Source of the DNA: a virus
Taxonomy: Duplodnaviria; Caudoviricetes
Virus record (IMG/VR): IMGVR_UViG_2791354790_000006
Location: 14,941 to 78,940 of that record
DNA length: 64,000 nucleotides
Direction: 5' to 3' (one strand)
The notes under the pieces were generated by a model that saw nothing but the letters and a program-made list of their open reading frames with translations, was not told where the DNA came from and ran no database searches. The position numbers were made by a program, and so were the translations under genes. Below, one piece after another: positions 30,956-40,725 of the stretch. Position 1 is the first letter of the stretch; the number at the start of each line of letters is the position of its first letter.

Positions 30956-31379
30956 GCCATTTGATATCTGGTGCTCTGATCGTGCCTACAGCTTCCAGTG
31001 CGTCCAGATAATCCAGCCACAGATTGTACTGTGCCAGCTCATCACCTTTCAGCCGACCTATTGCCGCTTTTCCGGGCCACTGTTTTCCGCTAATAAACTC
31101 GTTGGCCTGAGCGATAAGCACCTGTCGGGCTTTTTCTGCTTCGGCAATGAGTTCCTCTTTGCTCTTTGAGGGCGCGTCAATCCAGCATGGCATACCGTTA
31201 GCATCGGAACGTCTTATTTTCCCCTCTGGCGGTATTCCTGAATATTCAAAGTACATTTCGTCACTTACACCAACAGGATCGGCAGGCCATGACGATGCCT
31301 TTTCATAATCCGCCTGCAAAGCAACAGGATAAAATAGATTACTTTTCGGGCTATAAGCGTAATTAAATGTTTTATCCAT
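30927..31379 (-). CDS. Alternative tail fibre assembly protein U'
   Basis: YSPKSNLFY, WPAD, WLDYLDAL, IKWPTPP. Confidence 0.85.
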   Translation of the reverse strand: MDKTFNYAYSPKSNLFYPVALQADYEKASSWPADPVGVSDEMYFEYSGIPPEGKIRRSDANGMPCWIDAPSKSKEELIAEAEKARQVLIAQANEFISGKQWPGKAAIGRLKGDELAQYNLWLDYLDALEAVGTIRAPDIKWPTPPASVER

Positions 31380-31383
31380 AGTT

Positions 31384-31742
31384 TTATTTCCCGTATGCGA
31401 TAAATCCATAATCGGCAATTGCTGTTGTCATTGATGAGTTATAAAGCGTGATCTGGTTTTTCCCGCTCCATTTAATCCCCACGCTAGCAGTAAAACCGGG
31501 AGCCAGTGCGCCCGTATAAGGCACTACTGCAAGAATGCCAGAGGGGAACGGGAAAGGAAGTTCAATCACTTTTGTCTCACCTGCTACCATTCCGCCTGTA
31601 TTGCCTCCAACCCATTGCCGGATTAAACCAGAAGGCTCTTTTGCGTAGCCACTTAGGGCTAACTGAGCGTCAAACGCTGACATATCCGGTATCTGGTTCG
31701 CGCCAGTGCCCACGTCCCGTTTTGCGGCTTCTTTCAAACCAA
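31384..31742 (-). CDS. Silent alternative tail-fibre variable region Sv'
   Basis: GLKEAAKRDVGTGANQIPDM...PSGLIRQW...FIAYGK; fuses in frame to S on inversion. Confidence 0.85.
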
Positions 31743-31754
31743 CGTTTTCCGGAA
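31729..31754 (+). repeat. Right inversion site (gix/pix-like)
   Basis: TTCTTTCAAACCAACGTTTTCCGGAA, inverted relative to the left site. Confidence 0.9.
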
Positions 31755-31862
31755 CACACCACCACTTCTGACTATGTTGGCCATTTTCTGCAGTACAGCC
31801 AGAAATGACGTTGCTCGATACAATGCGGGCCAATAATGCGTTTACAGGTGGGGTGATTTTCT

Positions 31863-32417
31863 ATACTGATTGGATATGTACGGGTATCAACAAATGACCA
31901 GAACCTTGAATTACAACTTGACGCGCTTAACAGGTTAGATTGCGACCAGATATTTGAGGATAAAATATCCGGTGCGAAATCGAAAAGACCTGGTCTGGAC
32001 AAGATGATGAAGAAGTTACGCCCTGGGGACACCGTTGTTGTCTGGAAGTTAGATAGGTTAGGTCGTTCTCTAATCCATCTTGTGGATTTGCTACGTTATT
32101 TCCGTGAGAACAACATTGAATTTATCTCCGTTACAGAGGGGATAAGAATTAGCACCTCAATTGGGCGCTTCGCTTATACGATGCTGAGCGCAGCAGCCGA
32201 GATGGAAAGGGAAAACATAATAGAGCGAACACGAGCTGGATTGGCTGTTGCAAGGGCAAAAGGACGAATAGGTGGACGAAGACCAAAGTTGACGCCTGAG
32301 CAATGGGCGCAGGCTGGAAGACTATTGGCCGCAGGGGAAACGCGGCAGCGGGTAGCAATCATCTATGATGTTGGAATTTCTACTCTGTACAAAAAATTTC
32401 CAGCGGCTGACATATAA
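31863..32417 (+). CDS. gin: Gin/Pin-like serine DNA invertase with ATA first codon
   Basis: (I)LIGYVRVSTNDQN in frame upstream of the called ORF; VVWKLDRLGRS; C-terminal HTH. Confidence 0.88.
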   Translation: MLIGYVRVSTNDQNLELQLDALNRLDCDQIFEDKISGAKSKRPGLDKMMKKLRPGDTVVVWKLDRLGRSLIHLVDLLRYFRENNIEFISVTEGIRISTSIGRFAYTMLSAAAEMERENIIERTRAGLAVARAKGRIGGRRPKLTPEQWAQAGRLLAAGETRQRVAIIYDVGISTLYKKFPAADI

Positions 32418-32482
32418 ATCACGATCACACAGGCGATCCAATGTTATTTGTCAATGTGTCGCGATTTGATTGGCGCGCGGCA

Positions 32483-32767
32483 ACCATCGTGATTTGCACC
32501 AAACCCGGCATCCGGGGCGGAATACCCTAAAGACAATCCAGCCACTGAACGACTGGTTATTGACTGGGCAGTTTTGCCGCTGGAATTTCCGGAAGGGGTT
32601 AACGCACCTGAGGCATAAAGAAGATGTGCCGCTAAAGCATGAAGCCCTTGCTCATAGAGCTTGTTCCATACTTTGCGGCTCATCTGGTTTGCTGCATCCT
32701 GTAGCGCCCCTTCTATTCGAGCAGGGGCAACACTGGCGAACTCGGGGTAACGAACGGTGAAATCCAT
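32483..32767 (-). pseudogene. 5' fragment of DUF4054-like head-completion gene
   Basis: MDFTVRYPEF...LAAHLL...GANHDG, ends at the Mu right junction. Confidence 0.85.
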
Positions 32768-32781
32768 GCTACCCCCTGTGA

Positions 32782-33750
32782 TTACTCTGCCGGAGAGGAT
32801 TTGTAATCCACATACACCGCGGACTGCGGCTGTTTCCACATCGCACCACCGAAGGCAGAACGATAGCCACACTCATAGGTCAACAGGTCGCGGGAGCGCA
32901 CAGCCAGAAGCTCTGGCATATGAACTTCCATTTCAAGGTAATCAGCCTCGTAGGTGTAAACCGCCAGACGCGTTTTTCCCGCCTTGATGCCGACAGCGTA
33001 ATTGCTTGGCACCTTAACAAACGTGATGCTGAACGATTCGTTACCTGACGCCTTACGCAGTGCAGCCATAATCCGATCCATCGCAGCGATAGGAAGCAGG
33101 TCAGTGCCTACGATTACTGGCGTTGGGTCGAACTTCTGCATAGCAAGCATGAAGTCGCTGGCATCCATTGCGATGTGCGTTGGCTGGATGCGATAACTGG
33201 ACTTGCGCCACGCCACGTTGTAAGCATCCAGCACCAGCTTAACGAATTCATCTGACGTCATATCAGTAATGGTCTTGTTGGCTGGATCGGTAATCAACTG
33301 AACAGCAGAGCCAGTCAATAACCCTTCTTGCCCCTTCACTCCGCCATGCCCCACGTATCCAGCATACTGAATCGTTGCCAGGGCGTTTGCGTACAGGTCA
33401 TCCTGCTTTTTGGATTGCAGGTTGATGTTCAGGCGGGCGATCTTCTCCAGTTCCTGCTGCGTCCAGGTGGCGGCCTTTGCCCACAGCCCAACAGGCGCTT
33501 TCATCCATTCGATATCGCTATCGATAGTTTTCAGGCTGTTGGTTTTATTACCGATAATGCCGTCTTTTACAGAGCCGACAACTTTAGATACGCCGAAATC
33601 AACGTACTCCAGAGCGAAGTCCAACCCTTCTTTAACCGGCAATGCTTCACCGATGTTAATTTCCGGCAACTCTTTTTCCTGCAACTGCATATCGCGCTCA
33701 GTTAGCGCCTCTTGCAGTACGTTTTCAAAATCTGCGGCTTCCATTGGCAT
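32782..33750 (-). CDS. Major capsid protein (DUF2184-like)
   Basis: Size, synteny, GGAMWKQPQSAVYVD end. Confidence 0.8.
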   Translation of the reverse strand: MPMEAADFENVLQEALTERDMQLQEKELPEINIGEALPVKEGLDFALEYVDFGVSKVVGSVKDGIIGNKTNSLKTIDSDIEWMKAPVGLWAKAATWTQQELEKIARLNINLQSKKQDDLYANALATIQYAGYVGHGGVKGQEGLLTGSAVQLITDPANKTITDMTSDEFVKLVLDAYNVAWRKSSYRIQPTHIAMDASDFMLAMQKFDPTPVIVGTDLLPIAAMDRIMAALRKASGNESFSITFVKVPSNYAVGIKAGKTRLAVYTYEADYLEMEVHMPELLAVRSRDLLTYECGYRSAFGGAMWKQPQSAVYVDYKSSPAE

Positions 33751-33753
33751 TGG

Positions 33754-34236
33754 TTATACTCCTGCTGCCGTTTTCTGTACGTAACCCAGGGTGATCGCCA
33801 CGCAGTTATTACCTGCGCTTACATCCTCAACCCAGTAACCCAAATCAATATTGCCGATTGCCACATTGGTAACCTTGCCAGCATCTGCCCCGGCAGGGAT
33901 GATGTAAGCGGTGTCGCCGCGAGCAAAGTCTGCTGCATCTACGGTCAGGGCGCCCACGCAGTCACCGTGAGAGAAGTGACCGATGTTTGCCTGCTTGTTA
34001 GCTGGTGACGCTTCACCGTAGATATCGCGAACGACAATGCCGTGAATGCGGGTATCAGCCGCCAGGGGCATTACTCCGCCCAGTGGGTTAACGGCCACGA
34101 AAGTACCGTAGGCCAGTGGTGTATCCGTCAGGTTCTCTTCGCCCCATACTTTGTCGTTAGAGCTTGAAGCGCGTTTGATCGAGCCGGGTTTAATGGTGCC
34201 GTCGGCACCGTCCCAGTCAATGAATCCGAATGCCAT
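33754..34236 (-). CDS. Capsid decoration/cement protein
   Basis: Between protease-scaffold and capsid genes. Confidence 0.65.
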   Translation of the reverse strand: MAFGFIDWDGADGTIKPGSIKRASSSNDKVWGEENLTDTPLAYGTFVAVNPLGGVMPLAADTRIHGIVVRDIYGEASPANKQANIGHFSHGDCVGALTVDAADFARGDTAYIIPAGADAGKVTNVAIGNIDLGYWVEDVSAGNNCVAITLGYVQKTAAGV

Positions 34237-34238
34237 GA

Positions 34239-35381
34239 TTATTTACCCCCGAGGCGCTGGTTAGCGGTTTTCGTAGTTTTTGCTGCATTGTCGTTCAGCA
34301 GGTGACTGCCGATCTCGCTGCGTGGTTTTGATGTGGCCTGAATGGCCGCGTATGCCGCGCGAACTTCGCTGTCGGTCATGGCTTTAACCTGGGCGTCGTT
34401 GAATGCGCGAGTACTGACCAGCACAGCAGCGCGAACATCGCGGGCTGATTTGGCATCGTTGAAATTGACTTTCGGGAAGCGGGACTTAGCATCGTTCAGC
34501 GTGGATTCCGTTTCGCTGCCCGCTTTCAGCGTTTCCAGCTCCTCTTCCAGTTCCTTCACCTTCGCTTTCAGGTCGGCGTTCTCGGTTTCCAGCGAGGTGA
34601 TCTTCGCGTCCTTGTCGGCATCAGCACCTTCCCCGTCCGCATCCGCTGGCCCGGCTGGTGTCATCCCTTCCAGTTGAGACTTAAGCTCAGCAAGCTGTGC
34701 CAGCACCTGTTGTGCCTGCGCTGCCGCTTCTTCAGTACCCTGCCCCTGAAGATCTGCCAGGGCCTTTTCCAGCGCGGCAATCATGCCGACCAGTTCGTCA
34801 GCAGTCAGTGCGGCACCTTCTGCATCTTTCAGTTTTTTGCCCTTCAGGAAACTCAGGGCGTCAGTTAATGTTTTGAACATCGGCTTACCTTTTTTGTCGT
34901 TTAGCTTGCATTGACGCCCGTAGCGCCCCTCTGCAACACCCGCAACGTGATTGCCGCGAATATTGATGTGGTAAAATTTCCCGCCACGCTCCACCAGCTC
35001 CGCAGGCTCATACCCCACTGAAACCTCACGTATCCCCGTCTCCTCGAGCGTCTCTATTGCTGCGGCATCAGTCAGATAAACGTCGCAAACCACCTCACCA
35101 CCCTCGATACGGGTATTGGCGATATGACCGGATGCTTTGTCTTTGTGGTCTGCTGCGGTGACTTCCCCGTCGTCTGGGTGAGTTATGGTGAACGGGAGGC
35201 CATTGAATGAAGCGAGAGTTTCGGGTTTTGATAGTTCGTCGAGGGTGCGAACTACGGTGATTTTTTTGTTGGCATCGCTGCCAGTTAATCCCAGTTCGTG
35301 ACCGTAATACTCAATCGGCCCGGCGCGGGTGATCGTCGCAGTGGTAATCACGTACCCCTGCGGTGTTCGTTTCCACTTCAT
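34239..35381 (-). CDS. Prohead protease/scaffold (DUF2213)
   Basis: TPQGY, ITHP, EVSVGY, NHVA motifs. Confidence 0.85.
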   Translation of the reverse strand: MKWKRTPQGYVITTATITRAGPIEYYGHELGLTGSDANKKITVVRTLDELSKPETLASFNGLPFTITHPDDGEVTAADHKDKASGHIANTRIEGGEVVCDVYLTDAAAIETLEETGIREVSVGYEPAELVERGGKFYHINIRGNHVAGVAEGRYGRQCKLNDKKGKPMFKTLTDALSFLKGKKLKDAEGAALTADELVGMIAALEKALADLQGQGTEEAAAQAQQVLAQLAELKSQLEGMTPAGPADADGEGADADKDAKITSLETENADLKAKVKELEEELETLKAGSETESTLNDAKSRFPKVNFNDAKSARDVRAAVLVSTRAFNDAQVKAMTDSEVRAAYAAIQATSKPRSEIGSHLLNDNAAKTTKTANQRLGGK

Positions 35382-35384
35382 TGA

Positions 35385-36236
35385 TTAATCCCATGAGACG
35401 TAAGGGAGGGCCAGACATCGGCATTGGTAATCCTCGCCGGGTTTACCGATGAATGCCCCGATGGTTGAGCGTTTCTTCCACGTTTTGCCGCCGTCGTCTG
35501 AGTAGACCGTCGGATCGGAGTATTTACAGAGCATGCCGTTTAACGCGGAATGACTGTCGCGCTCCCGTTCATCGCCAGTGCCGCCCCACTCATACAGGTC
35601 AAGACCAAGAGCCACATTGCGCGCTTCAGTCAAATCTGCGTTCAGTTTCGAGGTCTGGTCGCGAGCGATGAACCTTGCACGATTGCGGGTGACCTCCCCA
35701 CGCTCCTTAATCAGGTCAATGAGGTTTTCATGTCGGCCGCCGTCTTTCATGTTCTCGAAAACCGCCGCGCCGATATCGTGGATAAAGTCGGTATGGATGG
35801 AGGTGATCAGGTCAACGTTGTCATTAACCGCCTTCTCCATTTCTGGTTTTATCGCGCCATCGCCGAGCATCCCGGTCAGATCAATCCCAAAAGCCTGAGA
35901 GAACGTGCGCTGCGTCTGCTCTTTGTTCTGCAGGTTTGCCCGCGTAACGAATCCGGCAGAGAGTCGGGCGGCGACTTCCTTGATGGAAATGCTCGCCAGG
36001 CGCTGCATGACAGCGGCAAGACGCGTCGTAATCGAGAGAGGTGTGCTATCAGGGGCATCGACAAGCACAGGCTTACCCAACTCGTCAATAAACGCCTGGA
36101 CCATGCTGTCGATAAAATCCGTCAACCTGTCCCGATACCATACCTCTGCTCGCTTACTGGCGGTCGGTGGACGCATTCGCCGACGACGCGGTTTCAAACG
36201 TCCCTGCTTACGCTCAAGAAGCAGTTTTAATTCCAT
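35385..36236 (-). CDS. Head morphogenesis protein (SPP1 gp7/MuF)
   Basis: IARDQTSK, PGEDYQCRC. Confidence 0.88.
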   Translation of the reverse strand: MELKLLLERKQGRLKPRRRRMRPPTASKRAEVWYRDRLTDFIDSMVQAFIDELGKPVLVDAPDSTPLSITTRLAAVMQRLASISIKEVAARLSAGFVTRANLQNKEQTQRTFSQAFGIDLTGMLGDGAIKPEMEKAVNDNVDLITSIHTDFIHDIGAAVFENMKDGGRHENLIDLIKERGEVTRNRARFIARDQTSKLNADLTEARNVALGLDLYEWGGTGDERERDSHSALNGMLCKYSDPTVYSDDGGKTWKKRSTIGAFIGKPGEDYQCRCLALPYVSWD

Positions 36237-37536
36237 AATCCCCTCGGAAGCCAGCATTCGCCCCGGCGCTGACTATCGCCTTGATTTCAGATTCGGTAAC
36301 AGTCTTCAGCACGCCGCGGTTTACCATCTCCCTGATGGCAACCTCTTCCGTCAGAATTGACGACGTTACCAGCGTATTGAAGCCCGTCGCATACTGGCTA
36401 AACCGGTTAGCTTCGTCTGCCTCGTTGATGCTGTCGATTGTCGGATATTCGTAGGTAAGGCTTTCCGTAATGGCGAGTTTATCCAGCGTGAACTGGTCGG
36501 CGAAATCCTGCATTGGACGAAGCCGGGACTCCTGCAGTCCGTTAATCGTCTCGTAATAGGATTTATTGTCTTCCTCGCCGCTGCTGAACCCGCTGGCAGA
36601 CTCACCAAACAGAACCGTTATGGGCCTGTCCAGCGCACCGGCCAGTACAATCGCCATTTTGCTAATCACATCCGACAGCCCGGTAAATTGCGCGTTTTTC
36701 TGCTCATAGCGCCCCTGTGCCTGTGTATCACCAGCATCAATCAATAACATCCCGGTTGAAGATTTGGTGTCCTTCATCACCCTGGCATACTCGCGAACCT
36801 GCCCTTCCTGACCAGCTGCGATCTGGTTATTCATGCCGGGGATAAACAGCACATCGACGTTTGCCTCCTGTATGGTGTCGCCGGTGCTGAGGATTGCAGT
36901 GTCGAAGGTTTTGATGTGCTCATAGGGCGCCTGAAGGTCTGACGTACCAAACTTTGCGCGATCCTTAATGCTGTGATTGCCCAGCTTTGTCCGGCAGCAG
37001 CGGGAATGATGAAACCTGAGTTGCTTCGTCCCGACGTCAAGTTGATACGTTAGCGGCTCACCGAAACAGTCCGAACGTATGTCGGTAATGACATTACTGT
37101 CCGGCGTGTACTCCCCTTTACGGAACACCAGGAATTTAACGATATCTTCGCTCTGCAAATTGAGCGGCAGGGCGATCTGGTCATCAGCACAATCTGTGAT
37201 AGCCACGATTAGCGAATCGCCCAGCAGGGAGGCCCACCCCAGCGCGCTGTGAAAGACTGCATTCAATTTCAGTTCTTTTTCAGCGTCAGCGATGCGCTTG
37301 GTTATAGAGCTATCGACGTCGCCCGAAAATTTACGGGGCAACTTCAGCATGTCGTCGGCGGTTTTGTTGATGTACTTTTTCACCACCCACGATTTTTTAT
37401 ACATCGCGAGCAGTTCTTTATCCGGCACATCGGGCTTACTGCTGCTATACCGCACCGCGCCGATCTTCTCGCCGAGTGAAGTCATTAAGCTAACCAGGCC
37501 ATCATTCAGACGACCAACGATATTTTTTTTCGTCAT
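36214..37536 (-). CDS. Portal protein (DUF1073-like)
   Basis: FHHSR, PITVLFGES.SG motifs; follows terminase. Confidence 0.82.
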   Translation of the reverse strand: MTKKNIVGRLNDGLVSLMTSLGEKIGAVRYSSSKPDVPDKELLAMYKKSWVVKKYINKTADDMLKLPRKFSGDVDSSITKRIADAEKELKLNAVFHSALGWASLLGDSLIVAITDCADDQIALPLNLQSEDIVKFLVFRKGEYTPDSNVITDIRSDCFGEPLTYQLDVGTKQLRFHHSRCCRTKLGNHSIKDRAKFGTSDLQAPYEHIKTFDTAILSTGDTIQEANVDVLFIPGMNNQIAAGQEGQVREYARVMKDTKSSTGMLLIDAGDTQAQGRYEQKNAQFTGLSDVISKMAIVLAGALDRPITVLFGESASGFSSGEEDNKSYYETINGLQESRLRPMQDFADQFTLDKLAITESLTYEYPTIDSINEADEANRFSQYATGFNTLVTSSILTEEVAIREMVNRGVLKTVTESEIKAIVSAGANAGFRGDYGIKTAS

Positions 37537-38954
37537 TACATGATGTCCAGTGGGCTGAGTGTTTTTCTCTGATACAAATCGCGTAATCCCTGCGTCATTG
37601 CATCGACAACGTCATCGTTCGCGCCGACCGGGAAGGTGGTGATTTCCTCGACCGTCTCGGTGATCCAAGGGGCAATATCTTTGTGAGGTAGGAAAACGTT
37701 ACCCGCTTCCCATACGGCGGTAATCGCATGCGCACGAGCTACTTTGCTACCGTCCGGTTCGACGGGTACCAGCCCTGCAACAGTGCTTTTCAGTGAGTCA
37801 ATAACCGCCGGGCCATTGGCTTTGTCCTCCACCAGCTTGCGTAAGCCTTTGGGGTATTCGTCAGCCATGCGCTTAACGGCTTTGAGCGTTGCTGTAAAGC
37901 TCATGCGCGCCCTGACCTGGTGAAGCAGATAGGCGTTTGCTCCCTTTTTGCCCCAGACCTGACCGACAACGTAGTCGGTGCCCTCACTGTCTTTGAACGT
38001 CATATCCCAGCTGTGGACGACGATGTCGAAGGTGGCCGGCAAGTCTTTCGGGAGGTAATACTTGATCCACTCATCTTTGAAGATTGAGCCGCCAGCCTGC
38101 TTCGGTGACTGCTGATACATCGCGGACCAGAAGTAATCCCCCAGGATAGCTTTTGTCTCTAACAGCTTGTCGATCGGGTGCAGGTCTGGCACCAGCGCTT
38201 CGCCCCGTTCGTTGATGGCGGGGAACGCCAGCACTTTAGCTTTCGGGGTTTTCTCCACCACTCGACCGGACAGGTCATCTGTCGCCCAGCGGGTCGCCAT
38301 GATGATTTCGCCACTGTTTTTGGACAGACGCGTTTTGAACGTGGATACGTACCAGTTCCAGATCGATTTTTTGGTAGTCGGGGACAGCGCCTCTTTGGAG
38401 TTTTTTATCGGGTCATCGATGATACCGAGATCGATTTTCTTACCTGTTAACGGACCGCCTACGCCAGCACAAACATACGTTCCCTTATGGTTGGCTATAC
38501 CGAATTCGTCAGTGTTACGCTTGACGGCAACACCATCGTCGGGTTTATTGCCCAGCCAGGCGTCAGGAAATATGTTGCGGTATTCAGGCGTAGACATAAT
38601 GCGCTGAACGTCGGCGTTCATGTCCCCGGCAAGGTCAGCAGAGTACGACAGCGCACCTACGCGCATTTCAGGGTACTTGCCGAAGAAATACGCTGGCAAA
38701 TAACGAGAGACAATATCCGATTTACCATGCTGCGGCGGCGCGCCGAGAATAAGTATCGGGCGCAGCCCGTTCATCATATCCAGCAGGAATTGATCCAGCT
38801 CGTCGCAAACCGTCTGAGAGAACTTGCTGGTGATGTATTCGGGGTTTATGTACTGAATGAAGTCGTGGAGGCTTGCTCGGGCACTGCGCCGCTTGAGTAG
38901 TTCCCTGGCTGCTGCCTGTTTACTTACCGCCGATAATTGCGGCGAGTTGCTCAT
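37536..38954 (-). CDS. Terminase large subunit
   Basis: PPQHGKS, IIDDPIKN, VEDKANG, DDVVDA. Confidence 0.93.
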   Translation of the reverse strand: MSNSPQLSAVSKQAAARELLKRRSARASLHDFIQYINPEYITSKFSQTVCDELDQFLLDMMNGLRPILILGAPPQHGKSDIVSRYLPAYFFGKYPEMRVGALSYSADLAGDMNADVQRIMSTPEYRNIFPDAWLGNKPDDGVAVKRNTDEFGIANHKGTYVCAGVGGPLTGKKIDLGIIDDPIKNSKEALSPTTKKSIWNWYVSTFKTRLSKNSGEIIMATRWATDDLSGRVVEKTPKAKVLAFPAINERGEALVPDLHPIDKLLETKAILGDYFWSAMYQQSPKQAGGSIFKDEWIKYYLPKDLPATFDIVVHSWDMTFKDSEGTDYVVGQVWGKKGANAYLLHQVRARMSFTATLKAVKRMADEYPKGLRKLVEDKANGPAVIDSLKSTVAGLVPVEPDGSKVARAHAITAVWEAGNVFLPHKDIAPWITETVEEITTFPVGANDDVVDAMTQGLRDLYQRKTLSPLDIM

Positions 38955-39918
38955 CAGTGAGATCCTCCGCACTTACAGAGTGGCTGTGCTGTATGGGCTC
39001 ACCATTCGGGCCACTTAACTCAGTTTTGGTTTTCAGCATTCCGAGGTGCTGTGCGACCATCTTCATAGCCTCATCCTGATTGCGAGTGATCATTTCAAGG
39101 CCAAATTTGCCCTCTTTAATCCCGGCAAAAAGACGGCGTTCTGCGCCCTTCAAATCTCGCGTATCGTGGAAAACAGGACGGCTCAGACCAACGCCATTGC
39201 AGCGGGGGCAATCCGGGTTCGGGTCCAGTGTGCCGTCGTAGCCGTAGCCGCCCGTATCCTTAGGCTGTATGGCACCTTCCTTCCCCTTAACCTTTTCTTC
39301 CGCCTCTTCAAACTCAACTGCATCGCGCCACTGGTAGTTAAATCCGAGCCCCCAGCAGTATCGGCAACAGCCGCGGTGATGCTCGGTCAGTTGAGTAGCG
39401 TCTGCCGTCGCAATGTCCCACCACCATTTCAACACTTCGTCTTGTGTAACTTTCACTCTTCGCGAACGTTCATCCAGCGCGTCACGAATTGCCTGGCTGA
39501 CCTTAGCATTCCTTAGCAATCGAGAGGCGTTAACGTAAGCCGTATTACCTTCGCCTTTGTAGCCAGCCCGCTTGTATGCAGCGGTCCTGTTCAGATCGAG
39601 AAGATACTCTTCGACAAACCTGATCTGCATATCGTTAAGGCCGTAATTGCGCAGGTTGAAGGGTTGCGCACTTTTCGGTATATCGGTCTGCGCATCAGTT
39701 GGGGATTGCTCATACTGCGCAGTGGTAGGGGCTTGTTCAGTCTGCGCATTGCGCACTTTCTTTTGCGCAGTTTTTTGCGCAGTTGGCTTTTTGATGTAGC
39801 GCCGCGCAGATGTGTAATTCAGTCCCTGCGCTTCACACCAGTCTTTTGGTGATACGCCGGTTACGGCATGATCGGACAGGAACCGTTGCTGAAGCACGCC
39901 CCAGTCCGGTTTGCTCAT
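38920..39918 (-). CDS. Terminase small subunit
   Basis: FVEEYLLDLNRTAAYKRAGY; internal Zn finger. Confidence 0.9.
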   Translation of the reverse strand: MSKPDWGVLQQRFLSDHAVTGVSPKDWCEAQGLNYTSARRYIKKPTAQKTAQKKVRNAQTEQAPTTAQYEQSPTDAQTDIPKSAQPFNLRNYGLNDMQIRFVEEYLLDLNRTAAYKRAGYKGEGNTAYVNASRLLRNAKVSQAIRDALDERSRRVKVTQDEVLKWWWDIATADATQLTEHHRGCCRYCWGLGFNYQWRDAVEFEEAEEKVKGKEGAIQPKDTGGYGYDGTLDPNPDCPRCNGVGLSRPVFHDTRDLKGAERRLFAGIKEGKFGLEMITRNQDEAMKMVAQHLGMLKTKTELSGPNGEPIQHSHSVSAEDLTDEQLAAIIGGK

Positions 39919-39921
39919 TCA

Positions 39922-40110
39922 TCACTCCATTGTTGATCCTGTGGGCTCTACCGTCACTTTCTGGGTCATGCCATGCTTCACGATGAACGCAGCCACCTTT
40001 TCGTAATCAGGCTCGCGCTGCATCAGCATGCAGAACAGGGTCAGCGTTTTGATATAAACCGGCAACCACCATTTGGCTTTGAGTTCGACTAACAGCTTGC
40101 AAATTGCCAT
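39922..40110 (-). CDS. Small hypothetical phage protein
   Basis: GGAG RBS; upstream of terS. Confidence 0.6.
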   Translation of the reverse strand: MAICKLLVELKAKWWLPVYIKTLTLFCMLMQREPDYEKVAAFIVKHGMTQKVTVEPTGSTME

Positions 40111-40237
40111 TGGTAACTCCGCTTATCCCCTACAGGGTATATTTACGATTTATCCGCTACAGCCATTACGATGGGTCTGCCCATAGTGATGGCAATAAAA
40201 AACCGCCCGTAGGCGGTTATATTCAGCAGGTCGCATG

Positions 40238-40402
40238 TTATCTGTGAATGACAAACAGTGATTTGCATTGAGGGCAGAGCAACGGTAGTTCTTGCCGTAC
40301 TTTTGTGGACGGGTGGTTCGAGTTATGGCCGCATATCGGGCAAGCCACTGTTGTTTTGGTCGCCGCTTCAACGCGTTTAAGTGCGTAATCGAAGAATGAC
40401 AT
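40238..40402 (-). CDS. YnfU-like zinc-ribbon protein
   Basis: CPICG...CPQCKSLF; GAGGGG RBS; downstream terminator near 40197-40219. Confidence 0.7.
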   Translation of the reverse strand: MSFFDYALKRVEAATKTTVACPICGHNSNHPSTKVRQELPLLCPQCKSLFVIHR

Positions 40403-40485
40403 ATTTTTAACCCCTCTAAGAATGAGGTCTATCATACCACGATTGATTATTTTTTAATCTAAAATAGCCACAACTTAGCACTTAA

Positions 40486-40725
40486 TCACCGAGTTAATAA
40501 ACTGCTATCGGTTGGTTGTTTGCAGTTCGCCTGCCACGATTTGTTATGCGCCAGGATGTCGCGCTTCGTCTGGCGGTCCATCACTTCGATGTCGTGCTCA
40601 GTAAGGCGAATCGCGCTCACCCAGTCACATCCTGTATCGATGACCTCAACCTTTGCGGGTCCAGTTTGCGCGCAGCTCGCGATCAACATCGTCATCAGGC
40701 ATATGGCTAACTGTCTGCTGTACAT
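40486..40725 (-). CDS. o-spanin (Rz1-like lipoprotein)
   Basis: Lipobox IASC; overlaps the i-spanin end. Confidence 0.8.
   Translation of the reverse strand: MYSRQLAICLMTMLIASCAQTGPAKVEVIDTGCDWVSAIRLTEHDIEVMDRQTKRDILAHNKSWQANCKQPTDSSLLTR

Larger units (their letters stand above)
179..32482 (+). mobile_element. Mu-like transposable prophage, about 32.3 kb
   Basis: TG at 179, CA at 32481-32482, ACCAT at 174-178 and 32483-32487; Mu gene order from c to invertase. Confidence 0.97.

Noticed and set aside
32444-32872. 142-aa ORF as an intact gene
   Set aside because: The real start is 32767 and the last 12 residues are read-through into the Mu end; it is an interrupted gene
36214-37536. Possible anti-CBASS Acb1 label
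   Set aside because: Position and motifs fit a DUF1073-type portal; no extra phosphodiesterase domain is evident
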